DNA of 64,000 nt from Takakia lepidozioides. Its lineage: Eukaryota > Plantae > Bryophyta. Each line of letters opens with the position of its first letter. The first letter of the stretch is position 1. Shown piece by piece: positions 28,093-41,853 of the stretch. The stretch covers positions 43,834,001 through 43,898,000 of the forward strand of contig CM060734.1 in the NCBI GenBank assembly GCA_030704615.1, given 5' to 3'. The notes beneath the pieces were generated by a model. It saw nothing but the letters and a program-made list of their open reading frames with translations, searched no databases and was not told where the DNA came from. The translations under genes were made by a program, and so were the position numbers.

Positions 28093-29116
28093 TTGGCAAT
28101 GCCCTCAAAGTTTGAGAGAAAATACAAAATGAATGAAAGCGCACATCTTGCAAGACCTTATGCAAATACATTAAATGGCTTACATTACTTATGTGTATCA
28201 TCAATCCAGAAGGTCCAAATTTTTTGAGGCATGTGCTCCATCCATATTATTCTCTGACAGAAACAACTAAATGGACTATCCCCTATTTTTAAGACGACGG
28301 CGCCGTTGTTGAGATCTTAGAATCCAATGTACTGCCTTCTTCTTATGAGCATATGAAACATAAATGCTCTGCATGTTTCCATTTATTTTACAACCAATCG
28401 TTGATTAATCGTCCAACTATGAACTGACACACTAGACGGCACAATTTATTTACAATCAAATCCCATGACATGTATGTTGATTTGTTCTTTGATTACTCAT
28501 GTATGAGTAATGAGTACAAGTATTTGTGGCGACAATTGGCTCTAAAACCAATAAATTGATTAAGACACCCATAACAAAATATTTAGTTACTTTATCACTT
28601 ACTTTATATTGTATTATGAAGGCGCCGCCACAAAGTAATATGTCAATCGTACATTCTGAGGATCCACGTGTAACCCATGTAGTCCAAAAAACACTAACGC
28701 CAGAGTGTATAAAAAATGTTCACATTTCAGATTTGGCCAATTTGGCATTTTCCTTAGGCTTCGCCCTTGCCCCCCTTTCCCCCCGCTCTCCTTGGCGGGG
28801 GCAGGTTTGAACCCGCAACCTAGTGGAAAATACACCACAACCTTACCAACAAGCCATGCTCTATTCAATGAAACAACCTCTACTTTTTTGTTAATAAACT
28901 GTTTCTTTTCAGTTAAACTTGTTGCCATTACTACATGACTAACCCGGTATCATTACTACACTAACGTAGTCTAGTATACTTGCACATTATCTTTTGCCAC
29001 TCCCCCAAACAAACACACACAAACTACACAAGCACTTAACACGTCTCTAGTCTCTACACCCTGGAGACTCCCGTTGCGAAGAGGAGACGGAGGCGCCGCA
29101 TCTCGGCCTTATACTA

Positions 29117-32100
29117 TACCACCCCGAGGCAACGAGCTGCTCGAGGGGGAGGCGTTGCCAGTGGTGGTGGTGGTAGAGGCAAGCTGCGGACGGAGAAGGT
29201 AAGCTGTAGTTTTGTTTTTTTATCATGACCTGCACTTAGGCATATGCGCCATCGCATAAGCCCCACCAAGTTGATCCTTATCTAGCACATCCGCCGGCGC
29301 AGATGCCTAAGTCACTTCAAGTCTCACAAGTTTGTGAATCTCCACACATACACACAACCGTCTCCGCCGGCGGAGATAGCTCATTCCCCTTGGTTTTTTC
29401 TGATGCTTGGAAGGGCTGGGCTGCCACCTCCGCCGGCGCATACCGTTGGAGCTGGGATGCTCGCATGTTTCAGGAAGTGCTCCTCTATTCCCATCCCGTT
29501 TATTTTTTTGCATGCTCATACGTTGCTGATGCTCGGAGCGGGTTGGGCTGGCGTATCTGCTGGCGCATACCTGTGCAGCAGGGCTGCTCAAATGTTTCAG
29601 GAAATTCTCCCCTTTTCCATCTTCTTTGTTTTTCCGCATGCTGATGCTCCGAGTGGGCTGCACTGGCATATCCGCCGGCGCATACCCATTGAGTACATTC
29701 TTTTTTGCTCAGATCATAGGTTTCAGGAACCTCCTGCAAGCGTCTCCACCGGCGGAGACACTTGGAGCTTGGTTTTTTTTGCATATTCCCTGTGTTACGA
29801 AAGCTCCAAAGCGCCAAGGCTGCCACCTCTGTCAACACAGACCCGTGCAGCAGGGCTGCTCACATATTTCAGGAAGTTCTCCCCCCCTTCCATCTCTTTT
29901 GTTTCTCCGCATTCTCATAAGTTGTTGATGCTCCGAGCGGGCTGGGCTGCCATATCCGCCGGCGCATACCCATTGAGCACAATCTTTTTTTGCTTAGCTC
30001 CTAGGTTTCATGCAAGCATCTCCGCTGGCGGAGATGCTTGGAGCTTGGTTTTTTGTTGTATATTCCTTGTGTTACGTAAGCTCCAAAGTGTCGAGGCTGC
30101 CACCTCCGTCGGCGCAGACGCTTGGGGAACCTTCCATATTTTGGTTGATCACAGTATTCAAGTATCTCAAAGCTTCTACGTTGCCACCTCCACAACTCCA
30201 CATGCTTCCATAGGCCTAGTTTGATCTTTCAAGGTGCTCCTGTACGTTTGGCTACAACCTCCCTTCCATGGTATGCGCTGGCGCATATGCTTGGAGCTCC
30301 TTGAGCAAAAATTTCTTCAAGGGCCTCAAATCTTGTCAAATTTTGAGTTGGTTGCACATATGTGTCATATGCGCTGGCGTAGGTGGTCGGAGGTCCTCTG
30401 TCGGGATGCTCACGCCTGTATTCTGCTGCAAGTTGTAAGCTTTGAAAGACAAGGATATTCATGGAATTAGTTGACTATCCAAATTCATTTGTTTTCTTCA
30501 TGCAACCATGACACTGAACTGCTCTTTTACATATTATACATTCACACATGTGCTCTTCTCATACACTGACATCTTGAACTGTTTTGGTCTATGGAATTAG
30601 GAAATTACTACTACAACTGAAGCTGTGGAGGCCGGGACGCTTGCAACCATTACTGACGACATTGATGCAGGGAATTGGGGGGCAGATGAGTATGAAGAGG
30701 ATACAACATCTAGTGATCCTCTTTCTCTACATGCCAAACAGGCAATTATTCTGGAAAAGAAACAAGATTTGAATGTAACTTTCAGGTCCCTCCTCATTGA
30801 GGATGGAGTTATGGACATTCCATTGTGTCGCATGATTTCTATGCAGGTTGTTAGGCCCGCCCTTGCCAACGACATCCTAAAGCTTAGAGGAGACTTCTAT
30901 TCTGGATACCATCCAGGAGCAGCCGTGTTCTATGTTTCTGTTGAGGGGATTGATGGATCTACTGTAGATGTAGGTCCTGATATCATCTCTACATGGGATA
31001 GTCATTGGAAAATAGTCAATGATGAGTTTGAGAAGTATCTTGAGTCCAAGCCAAAGTTGCATCATCTTCGGGGGAAGATGTTTCATGTCTAGGATGGGAA
31101 TCATAGGCTTCAAGCATGGTATCCCTATATCAATGAAGTTCATGGGGCCAACTTGTCAAGACATGTCTGTGTGACAAGTTGGGTGCTCAATGCGGACATT
31201 GAAAATCATGGTTCCCTCAGGTCCATCATGGATGGAGTGAATGTGTGAGTTTCCTTTCTATTCTTCATTTACTTTCATGTTCAATGTTGTCATGTTCTTG
31301 CTCAATGGATGTACATATACACATCTTCTTTCTAATGATCATATTTTATATGTGCAGGGCAACAGAGAGGGCACATGTTACATCCAAATTTGTGCACTTG
31401 GTTTGCAAGGTCAATATGATTGGCCTTACACCTGTCTCTGAATGGAAGAATGTATTGAGGAAAGAGCAATACGACGAATGCATCAAGAAAGCAGGAAAGA
31501 CTTGGTATAACCTGACAGTCCATGCAATGACAGAGATTTTGTACAAGGTAACATCATGTCTTAACCAAGTTTCATTCTTTGCATCCATGGACAAGATTCA
31601 CCTCTGGTTCATGTTATGAACTGTTTTGGTTCTTTTGGCAGCATGATATTATTGAGGCCCAACGCATGGCGGGGGAAGCTTACAAACTTGCTGAGGGGCC
31701 AAAGAGTCAAGAGGGCCTTGAAGATACAATGAGACAGGTTGGATTGAAAGCAAGGGAGCAACACAAGAGTCAGCTTGTGAAGTTGCTTCCTATTGCTGAT
31801 CCAACCCTTGGAGAGGGGTTTCTCCAAGAACTTAAACTGCATTGGTCACGTGTAAAGGCAGGATCAGAGGAAATGACCCAAGAGAAAATGGTGAACATTG
31901 CTACCGCCCGGGTGGATCCTGAAGAAAAGGTGGAATGGCTACATATATGGAATGGAGACCAAACACTTCACGACCGTAATTTTTTTCCACCCGGGCCTAT
32001 CAGTGGGCCAACACTTGATCCTTGGCTGAATAGAAGGACTTTTTGGTGGCAGGTACATATACAATCACTATCTTCTCAATGCAATTAATTCATTTTGTTG

Positions 32101-34756
32101 ATGACACATTAACATAGTTATTTAACTGACTGTATTTTCTGGCAGCTTCGCAAGGTTGCCTTGGCTCAGTTTGCCTTGTACACCACTCAGCTTGGCCAAT
32201 TTCATGTTGCCTTGGAGGAAGGAGAGAGTGAGAGTCTGGGAGACTACATGGATACATGGAAGATGACTCATTTCAATGAGTTGTTTCATAGAGAGTTCTC
32301 ATTGCCAAAGGAGCCATTCAGAGGCAATGATTGGGAACAACAAACAGGTGGGGAGAAGGTGGTGAGACGGATTTTATTCAGGTACCATCTTTCCATTGCA
32401 TTGTACATGGATAGTGTATACACCTTGTAAGTCAAAAATGTCTATGCTTCAAGTATTTTTCTAGTACATTGGGATATACATGTTTCTTAATGTGCTTGTT
32501 CAATTGTTGAACAGGTTGCATAAATATTTGTCTCCACAATAACTTTGAATGTGTTTGTATTTTAGGTACATGAGATTTGTGCTTGTACCGAGTGATCGAC
32601 TTAAGGCTGAGCCCAAGTTTCTGATGGCCTGGAAGTTTGGTGCTCAACAAGCTTCCATGTACACACCTGCAATTGAGGAAGATTGGGGTGTGGAACACCG
32701 GGAAGGGGGGGGTTGGTATTTGGATATGCCCAAGGGTACTATCCCCTATGCAGAAATGGGACTTCATAAGGAATGTGTTCGTAGGCAATCAGTGAGTGAT
32801 GAAGGGGGTATCTCCACTGAAGTCCCTGTTCTTGATCTGGAGCATGCAGAACAGATTGCTACACAGGCCGCTGACGCTGTAGCCCAAGTGGTCCCTGCCA
32901 TTGTGGGTGTACCAAAACGCAAATCACGAAAAAGAAAAGGTGCGGATGTCAATGCAAGTGTGGCCCCCAATGCAGGTGTGGCTTCTATTGCTGGTCCTAT
33001 TGGTAGTTCTTCACATCCTTCAAATCAGTTGGTTGTAGTGCTTGCACCTACTACTCGAGGAAACAAGCCAAAGGCAGGCGAACATCCTTACAGTGCAGTG
33101 TCATTTTCTGGTGGTGCACCTAGCATGTATCGCATGAAGATCATGCCTACTCATTTCATTGATATGGTGGAGGCCTCAAGTACATCTCCTGATGCGACCT
33201 TGAAAGAGCTCATGGAGTTCTTAAAAAATGTGAGTTTCCCCCAACAAACAAACTTGAATGTAAGGAATTCTTCGATGTTTTTATATCCTCATCATCCGGC
33301 TATTGACTCCTACATTTTCTGTATGTTGTTTGCAGTTGCCAGGAACTTGGTCTAGTGTTGTGGATGGAAAAAGCGTGCATGTGGCTGTGGACATGATCAT
33401 CGTGGACTGCCCAACAGGAATGCCTGTACAGGGCTGTTTGGATGGTGTATAGGTTCCTCCCTGGAATGCTTTTGATAAACGGTATTGGGAGTATGCATTC
33501 TCTATTGCTAATGACCTGTTGGATGACAATGGATGCTTGGTGTTCTTGCAGGGCTCCGATGATTCATTTGCATTGGAGCTCTTTTCTTACTCCAGGGGCA
33601 GCTCTATTTCCGTATTATCAAGGAATTATACTTGCATCAATACCACCCCTCTACACACTCAGACAGGAAAGGTAAAAATCATCCCTCTTCAATATCTCAT
33701 TGTTTGATGTTTCATCTTCCTACTCTCATACATATTATTAAACCATCCGGGTGCACTGTTTTTGTGGAAATGGCACGTCTAACAGACCATGTTCTTCCAC
33801 GCCCATGTCCTCACCAAGCAAGGAGGACTATTCAAACTGCGTGAGTCTGACAAAGTTGTGGACCCCCTTGCAGACCCTGTTGAGTTGGATGCCATCTACA
33901 ACCACATTCCAGATGTTGCACTACCCATGCAAACTCCTCGACAAGCCTGGAGGGGTGCGCGAGACCGTAGTCCCGCCTTCATGCAAGTGTTGTTGGAGAC
34001 ATGCTCACCTCCTGGCTCCCGCATTTTGGATCTCACAGCTGGCACAGGTTTGCATTGGTCTCCATTTTGTAATTAAAATCTTCTGAGCTGATTCATGATC
34101 ATTAACTGTTATCCGATATAATATCATCATTGCATGTTTTTTTCCTGCAGGTTCTACATTTATTGCTGCCCGCGAGTCTGGACGTCACGTATTTGGTCTT
34201 GAGGGGGACCAGACGTTGTATGCAGCACGTCTCTCTGCACTTCAAAATACTCAACCCGTTTTGGTTTCATCTGTGGTAACTCCAACCATTCAACGCCCTG
34301 TGAGTTTGTTGGAACCCCCCGCTCCTAAGGTGGCGCGCAAGCTTGGTCTTCATCTCGGCAGTAGTACTTCCTAGTGAGTATGTCTCGCCTCCATTCCCTT
34401 TGTTGCAATCTCTATATTATTTGCAAAGCAAACCATTCCCATTTGATTTGTTAACATAAGTATACATGTATGTGTGATGCAGTGATGGGATTGTGCGGAC
34501 CATCTACGATAGTCTACCCCAAAGTCCTCTTTCATCGTTTTATCTACCTTCGTATGCCGAGTCCCAAGCTTTGCATTCAATACATCAACAACGTGATGTA
34601 GGTCTTTCCAATGATCTCTTGTTTGACCGAAGAGCAGCTATTGTTGGACAATCCGTGGATAGGTTGCGTAGAGTTGAGGCTTTCATGGATGTGTATGCCT
34701 CTGAATCACAGGCTTATGACACGGATGATGAAGTATCAGCTGATGATGTTATGTAG
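29117..34756 (+). pseudogene. 10-exon gene: ParB/Srx-like domain fused to a beta-class N6A/N4C DNA methyltransferase
   Basis: Phase-consistent GT-AG exons ~29117-29198, 30601-31244, 31359-31547, 31642-32052, 32146-32381, 32566-33229, 33336-33671, 33786-34047, 34151-34373, 34483-34756; DGNHRLQAW (ParB DGxHR); VDMIIVDCPT (motif IV-like) precedes SPPGSRILDLTAGTGSTFIAARESGRHVFGLEGD (motifs X-I-II); in-frame TAG at 31090 and 33450; exon 1 tentative. Confidence 0.8.
29290..30380. repeat. Degenerate repeat block with about 12 CGCCGGCG-core palindromes in intron 1
   Basis: CCGCCGGCG(C/G) at ~29292, 29364, 29430, 29672 and 29956, plus C>T-decayed variants. Confidence 0.8.
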
Positions 34757-35824
34757 GTAATTAGAAATTACATATACAATACATTGTCCTCATTGTCAGT
34801 CCGAATTTTTTGTTATTTTTTATGATACATGTATTTCTCTCTAGTGTAAGGTAAAACAAATGGGGCAAATGACATGGTGTTGAAATCAGATTTCACGTTA
34901 TCTTCCTGTCATTTGATTTATCTATGTAATAGTTTGTACATAGATCTCTACTGCATTTCATAGATCCCTTTACCTTAATGCAAGTTCGACATGCACTTCA
35001 ACACTATCAAATTTCATCATTAGTAAGATCAACCCTTATGAGTATTGTGGCATGTTATGTACACACAGGGTGACTATCTTTATCTCATTAGTGTTTCATT
35101 TCGTTAGTGTTTCAAGTCTGAATGGGTAGTGTAGTGGTATGAACTAGGCTTGATACCCGATAGGTTGTGGGTTCTATCTCTGATGGACATTATGTTTTTG
35201 TAAAATAAAAATGTTTCAGAAGATAGATATATAGATACTGCAAAACCTATGTAACAAAGCTCCCTAGCATTGTCAAGCTCCCTAGCATTCCCTTAGCATT
35301 GCTCCATTCTGAACTTCAAACTAGACTCCCACCATTGGAAGAGCCCGTACCTTCACCATTTGTATCTAACAAGGAGCCGTGCTTCGTCACTTTTTAATTT
35401 TTCGACCTTTTTTCTCATGTTGGAAAGCCATAAAAGCAACATGTTCATCTCCCATTCCTACACTCACCCATGTGGAATAATAATACAATAAATATGGAAT
35501 ATTCTATATAGAATATTCTTATTCCATCCTTTGATATTTTGACTATGGACCCTAAGATTAGATGAATCACAATTTTTATTTTTTTTTGGGTACCCTTATT
35601 TAAGTGTTGTGCATATAAAATTGTTCCTATGCATATCTAAAATTTGTATGCACGCATACATTCCTCCATATGCATGCATTTGTGTGCGCATATAGTATAG
35701 GCTACCTCCGAGAGTATAATCTGTTAGTTCCTCCATAACTTCAATGCTATAACATTGATGGTCTTTCCCTTCGAGACGCATCAGCACGTACTTCTTCCAC
35801 ATGGTATAATTCATGTTTTCTGAC

Positions 35825-36560
35825 CTAAATGGAATCTTGCAATTCCATTCTCTTTCCCCATTCCGTTCTCATGGTAGGTAACAGGAATTCCACTGGAAGT
35901 AAGGCTTTCATACCATAAACTAATTGGAATGGTGTATACTTAGTGGTGATTTTATATGAAGTCATGTATGACCACAAAGCTGTCAGCAGCTTTGTATCCC
36001 AATCCGTTCTGTTTGCATTGACTATCTTAGCCAAGATAGTACATAGTATTTTGTTGGTAGCCTCTGCCTGTCCATTACCCTGTGGGTAATATGTTGTACT
36101 CTTCCTATGCACAATCATGAACTCTTTAGTCAATAATTCAATGGTCTCATTAATGAAGTGACTTCCCTGATCACTGATCTAAGGGACAGCCAATCGTGTA
36201 AGTATGTTCTCATACATGAACCTTGCTGTGGACTTGGCTGTGTTGTCCCTCAAAGCTTTAGCTTCCACCCACTCCGTAGTATAATCAGTGGCTGTAATTA
36301 TGTACCTGTTCCGTGTATTCTTGGCTGGTGGGTTAATCGGTCCAACAAAGTCTAGTCCCCATTTAGGCATTGTAGGATGCAAGGCCATCCTTCCAGATCT
36401 CTGCAAAGGTCCTAGCCTCTGACATTCATCACAACTCTGACAATACTTGGTACATCTTTGAGCAAAGTAGGCCACCAGTAACCTGCGAGTAGTATCTTCC
36501 TACTGGTAGTCTCTTCTCCAAAATGACCTCCAGCCACTCCTTTATGAACTTCCTCCAAAA
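35825..36560 (-). pseudogene. Gypsy integrase fragment (Athila/Tat-like)
   Basis: [41 protein letters not shown]; frameshifted. Confidence 0.9.
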
Positions 36561-37772
36561 CTTAATTTACTTCATGGTGGCACACACATCCAAAGACAGC
36601 CCCGGGGACCAAGGTGTTCAGCCACAAGGCCGTGGTGTACTGGAGCAGAGGAGCAGGAGCTACACAAGTTTGTGCAATCAGACACGGTTGTAGCCGGACA
36701 CGCTCTGCACAAGGCAACCACGAGCGGGGGTTCATTAACAATGACAAGTTTGTTCTGCGTGAAGAAGATGCAGTCATTCGCAATGAGGACACCCGCAACC
36801 GTCTCAAAGCTTTCGAGTTGAGAGACTATAGGACCCTACCTGTTTTCTTTAGTGTTCAGTGAGCGAGAGATAGGGGAGTATTGCTTTGTCTCTACTTGGC
36901 AGAGAGAGGAGGAGGGTTGGTTAGAGCGAGCTACTGTAGCTTGGGATAAGGTTAGTGGTAGGTTTCTGGACATAGATATACCTCCTACACCTTATAATCA
37001 TGCAGAGAGAGGTACTTTGAGAGAAGTCTGGCAGTTGATAGCATAGATCAGGATTTAGATCTTGCTTGGTCGGGCTTCTATTCTTCCCCTCCCTATCTTT
37101 ACCATTTCATTACTTTGTACTTGTAGTTGCCAAAGCCTCTCTTGGTGGAGGCCAGTCAGTCGGGGGTTTTGGGTTGGGATATTCTGCAGGTCAGCACTGC
37201 AGATGGATTTTGGTGTGGGGGTGTTGATGTTTGATTTGGTGTTTGGATCCCCCCCAACACCTGCATGCTTGACTGTGCGCCATGTTGGTTTTGTGGGGCG
37301 CTTGCTTTCATAGGGATTAGGCCGGATTTGAATCACCGGTCAATCTAGAGTATACTGTCGGTGGTGAGGCTGGAGTGATGACCACAAGACCACCAGTTGT
37401 TTCTTCTATGGTGAGGTTGGGTTGATGACCAGCCAACCATAGGAGTTCTTACGGTGGATGCAGGTGCAGTTGCCCTGAGCCACTGGGATATGCCTTAAAC
37501 TGCAACAGGTGCCCACCCGTGTCACTATTAGAATTAGTATTAGAGTCTTATAGTGTCACGTGGGGGAGGTGCACATTGTGAGTGTCATCACGGAGTTACC
37601 CAAGGGTTTTGAGGGGAGTACGGCTACAGGTAACAGTGAGAGTGGGTTCACAAGACGAGGTATTTGGTTTAGACCACCTTCACCTCCACCCTCAACTAGT
37701 GCAGAGTCAGACACAGACTCGGAGGCTTCATCAACAGGTGTTCAGTTTCATTCGTCATTGTTGTGAGACGAC

Positions 37773-39073
37773 ATGGAGGAGATGTATGGAGCTACCAAGG
37801 GGCCTCGTAGGTACTCTGGAGCTGTGGGCACAATCGAGTTGGATGACTTTATCCAGGAGTTTGACAGCTGGTGTGAATTGCAGCAGATGCGCAATCCACA
37901 GCTATTCACTCCATTCATGGCGTGGAAGGGACTGTTACAGCATTGGAATGCCCGCCATATGGACGATTACCACGAATTCAGGCGAGGACATGAAGCAGAG
38001 ATTGAGGAGTGGAGGATATTGGTCACCTTGACTACGTCTCCATTACTCGAGCCGACACCAGTAGCTGCATCAGTACCAATAGCTCCCACTGCCAGCACTA
38101 GTAGTGGAACAGATAGTGCCGGTACTTCTGCAGGTGGTACCAGTTCAAAAGGTGCTACTACTCCTCCTGCCACGACTACAACACATGTGCCTAGATTCAA
38201 CCCGGTGGTGGAGTTCTTCCAGGTTGCGGAGGAACTACCAAGTGTACGGACAGAGAAGCTGCGAAGTTTGCAAGACTTCCAGCGCAAACCCAGTGAGAGC
38301 CTGCGAGAGGCCTACACTCGTATGAGGCGCTTGATAAGTGTGACCCAAGGGGTTACTGAAGCTCAGGCAATCCAGTTCTGGTATGGAATTTTGGACAAGG
38401 AGCTCAGGAGAAGGGTGCGGGATGCAACCCTGTTACAAGCAGCCCAACCCACATTAGCAGATGTGTTTCTGCTGGCTGAGCGGATTGATTGAGCTCAACA
38501 TGGTGGAGGAGCGAGTTGTTACCATTGGATTTGGCAAAGACATGCCTGCACGAGGCGCAGCTACCAGCCCACAGGCACAAGGGACTGCCCAACAGCGTGG
38601 TCAGGGGGGCAAGGTTTCCAACCCAAGTTTCATGGAGCTTACAGGGGACCTCAGGTGCAGAGGCCCGTGGCATCTTTTGCAGGCCAACAGCAACCAGGGG
38701 TGATATGTTGGACATGTGGAGGACCCCATGTCAAGAAAGATTGCCCAGAGAGTGGCAAAAGGCCGACACAAGCACAGCCTGCACAGTTGCAGTGTGGGCA
38801 TTATGGCAAGTAGGGGCATGGAGATGCCCAGGCCAGTTCCAAGGGAACAATGGTGGCCGGGGGCGAGGTGGACCAGCCCAGAGAGGACAAGGTGGCCGGG
38901 CACGAGGTGCAGGCCAAGGGCAAGCTCAACATGGCCAAGGACGCGGAGGTCAGGGTGTTGACCAAGGCATGGCCAACCGGCTTCAGCAGCTAGAGCAGAG
39001 GCTCGCTGCCATGGCTACAGCTCAGGTGGTACCGGCTCCCAGGCGGGATGGATGGTCCACCTCCTGCTCCTGA
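37773..39073 (+). pseudogene. gag of element B, with Zn knuckle
   Basis: LDDFIQEFDSW...FQRKPSESLREAY.RM; CWTCGGPHVKKDC at ~38705-38745; frameshifts. Confidence 0.8.
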
Positions 39074-39739
39074 GGGAGGAGATATGGGAGGCATGGGATT
39101 CATGTGCGGAGCAGCACTACCACTAGAGCAGGTGGAGTCTGCTGCAGCCGTGACTCGAGGAGCAGCACGAGTTCCTGAGCCACGAGGTGCAGAGGTGGAA
39201 TTGGATCCACAGCGTGGGGAGGCAAGCCGTCAGGCGAGGCTTCCTCAGTCATTCACATTGGCGGAGACAGTGTCGACGCCATCCATGGCACCTAGTTCTC
39301 GCCCGACTGTTACCGAGGCGGAGGTTACTATGCCATTGGGGAGAGCTACACGTGCAGCACTGACACCTGCTGCCAAGGCTAGTGCAGCCGGTGTGTTGTT
39401 GGGGGCAGCCACCTCTGTGTGTCAAGCCCCACTGTTCTCGGCAACCATGATTGCGACGCCGGGGTAAGACCAGCTGCAGTGTTCAGACTAGCAGCAACAC
39501 TCTGTGAGAGTGGGGAGGTCACTTCATCTTCTGCGGAGTTAGTGGAAGGTGTAGTGGCAGAGGGATCCTCGGATTTGAGGGTCAAGACTGCCACGGCTGC
39601 GCCATGGCAAGCTGCAGCTGCCAGGTTGACGGAGCTGCCAGCTAGGCCAGCCTTTGAGCGCGCCATGGTGACACCTGGAGTTGTCTTGTTAGACAACCAG
39701 GATGACATTTTCTCTTTGAGTGGACCGGCAGGCAAGAAG

Positions 39740-40030
39740 TACCGGCCACTGCGGGTCTTGTTGGACTCGGGAGCTCAGCCACTGATGTTGGGCAGAGCTG
39801 CTATTGCAGGTTTGGGCCTCATGGAGGCGGATATGGAGCCTTGTCCTTTCCAGATACAGACATCTCTGGGAGGATCAGAGCAGGCTCGGGGCATGACACG
39901 GCATCAGTTGGCCATTAGACTGCAGCCGGATCATCCTATAGATGGCTCAGTGATGCGAGCCAAGGCCATTGTGACAGACGCGGTCTCTTACGATGTCCTC
40001 GTTGGTGGGGCAGTGTTATACCCCATGCTT
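39740..40030 (+). pseudogene. Aspartic protease domain of element B
   Basis: VLLDSGAQ ... YDVLVG. Confidence 0.85.
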
Positions 40031-40469
40031 CACCCTGGACTTTTGGGAGGAGTCAGCATCCTACAGGCCTGGATGGCAGTCAGGGGATGGTCGTCGTGCA
40101 CAGCTCCCTGTGACATTCATTGGGGTATTGCGGCTGCCCAGCGGGGCAAGATGCCAACACTAGCCGCCTTTACAGCTGCAGTTAGTTGGCCTGGAGAGTT
40201 GCTGGAAGGCAATGCCCATGCAGAGGATGTGCCACCTCCAGCAGAGCAGGATGACATGCATGGTACGGCGGAGTTGTCTGCCATGGTTGCTCACACTCCA
40301 TTGTGGGGTACGAGCAAGGATTTGCAGCAGGCTGCTGATGGACGGGTGCAACAAGCCTGGGTAGAGGCCTTTGTACCGTCAGGAGAAGAGGAGAGTGCGG
40401 TGATTGCACCAGGACCACCTCAGTTGTCGCCATTGGACACCACACCTCTTGTGTGGCAGTGCCCGGATG

Positions 40470-41430
40470 AAGGCATATGCCTTCTGGACTTGTTTGGCGG
40501 GATCAGCACTGGATTGGCTGCAGTGAGCAGGCAGGTGTACGAGTTCGACGTTACCTGTATGTGGAGAGGGATGAGACTGCACGACGCGTCTCACTGCGCC
40601 ATGTTGCTCAGTTGGTACAGCAGTACCCTGATTTGTTGCCAGTGTCTGCAGTTCGTGGATACCAACAAGCCTTGCCAGCAGACATTTCGTTGCTGGGGGC
40701 GCAAGATTTGGAGCAGGTTGGCTCCATTGATCTGGTAGTGGCAGGTTGGCCCTGCCAAGGGCATTCATCAGCCGGGCATGGCAATGGATTGCGAGACTCG
40801 AGGACGGGTCTGTTTTGGGAGATGGTGCGGGTTTTGCGCCACTTGCAGCTTCATCAAGCTGTATCTCCAGCATACATCTTGGAGAATGTGCCACTGATGG
40901 GTGATTCTCGGGCCAAGGTGATGGCCAGTGTGCATCAAGTCCGGTCGTGGCTTGGGTCAGCAGTGTTGCTGGATGCAGCTGCAGTGGGGTCACGGGCTCA
41001 TCGTCCACGGCTATGGTGGACTAACTTGATGCCACCCGCACTGCTCAAGCGTGCATTTGATGGGGTGCAGCGGCCAGCACACCTCACAGTGGATAGCATT
41101 TTGGACACAGGGAGGCAGTCTCAACGTGTGAGACACGATGACCGTTCGCCTTTGGCAGTGGTCAACAGGGTGGGTCAACCACGAGCAGCATTACCTACAC
41201 TGCTCAGCTTCCCAGGATCCCATGCTTTTCGGGATGGTGGACCTGGCCTCTTGTGGGATAGCCAGTTGTAACAATTAGTGGAGCCCAATGCTGACGAGCG
41301 CGAGCGGGCAATGGGTTTTCCCACTGGTACCACGGCGGTGCCATCTCTTTCTGAGGCATCACGTCGTCAGGTGTTGGGGCAAGCAATGGATCTCAATTGC
41401 TTGACCTGGATTATCAGCTTGGCTATGGCT
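40470..41430 (+). pseudogene. C5-cytosine DNA methyltransferase domain within pol
   Basis: Motifs I LDLFGGI, II YVE, IV GWPCQG, VI ILENV, VIII HRPRLWWTN, IX ERERAMGFP, X LGQAM; one frameshift near 40525 and one stop at 41269. Confidence 0.92.
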
Positions 41431-41853
41431 GAGCAGCGCAGAGTACGGAGTTTCATGGTCTCCCTGCCTACCGAGACGGAACAAGCAGCGAGTGGGGGGG
41501 AGCAGGTGAGGACCACGAGGTGCAGGCCGCATCCATGGCACACGTGGGAGGTGCTCGAGGGTCAGAAGGAGTTGGCAGCCAAGGCGGCGGTGATGGATCA
41601 GGTTGGGGATTTTTCTCGAGTTGAGGAGGTCCTCAAGGATGGGATGATGGGGCAGGATGAGACATTGTCACTGACAAAGGAGGCAGTGGTCACTGCTCAA
41701 GAGGTTGCAGCATAGCAACCACGGGACGCGTCTTCTACCTCTAAGCCTGCTGGACTCAAGGTTGCAGTCACGGAGGACAATTGGGAGCCTGACGTTGGAC
41801 CCATTGTCACCGGAGGAGAGAGACGACGTATACGGCGGTTCCTGAGGGCTTAC

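Noticed and set aside
29303-30224. Overlapping ORFs of up to 296 aa
   Set aside because: They arise from the GC-rich repeat block within intron 1, and the translations are themselves repetitive.
29117-41430. Bacterial contamination or a restriction-modification system explaining the two MTases
   Set aside because: One MTase gene has nine GT-AG introns, the other is embedded in a Gypsy pol, and no endonuclease is present.
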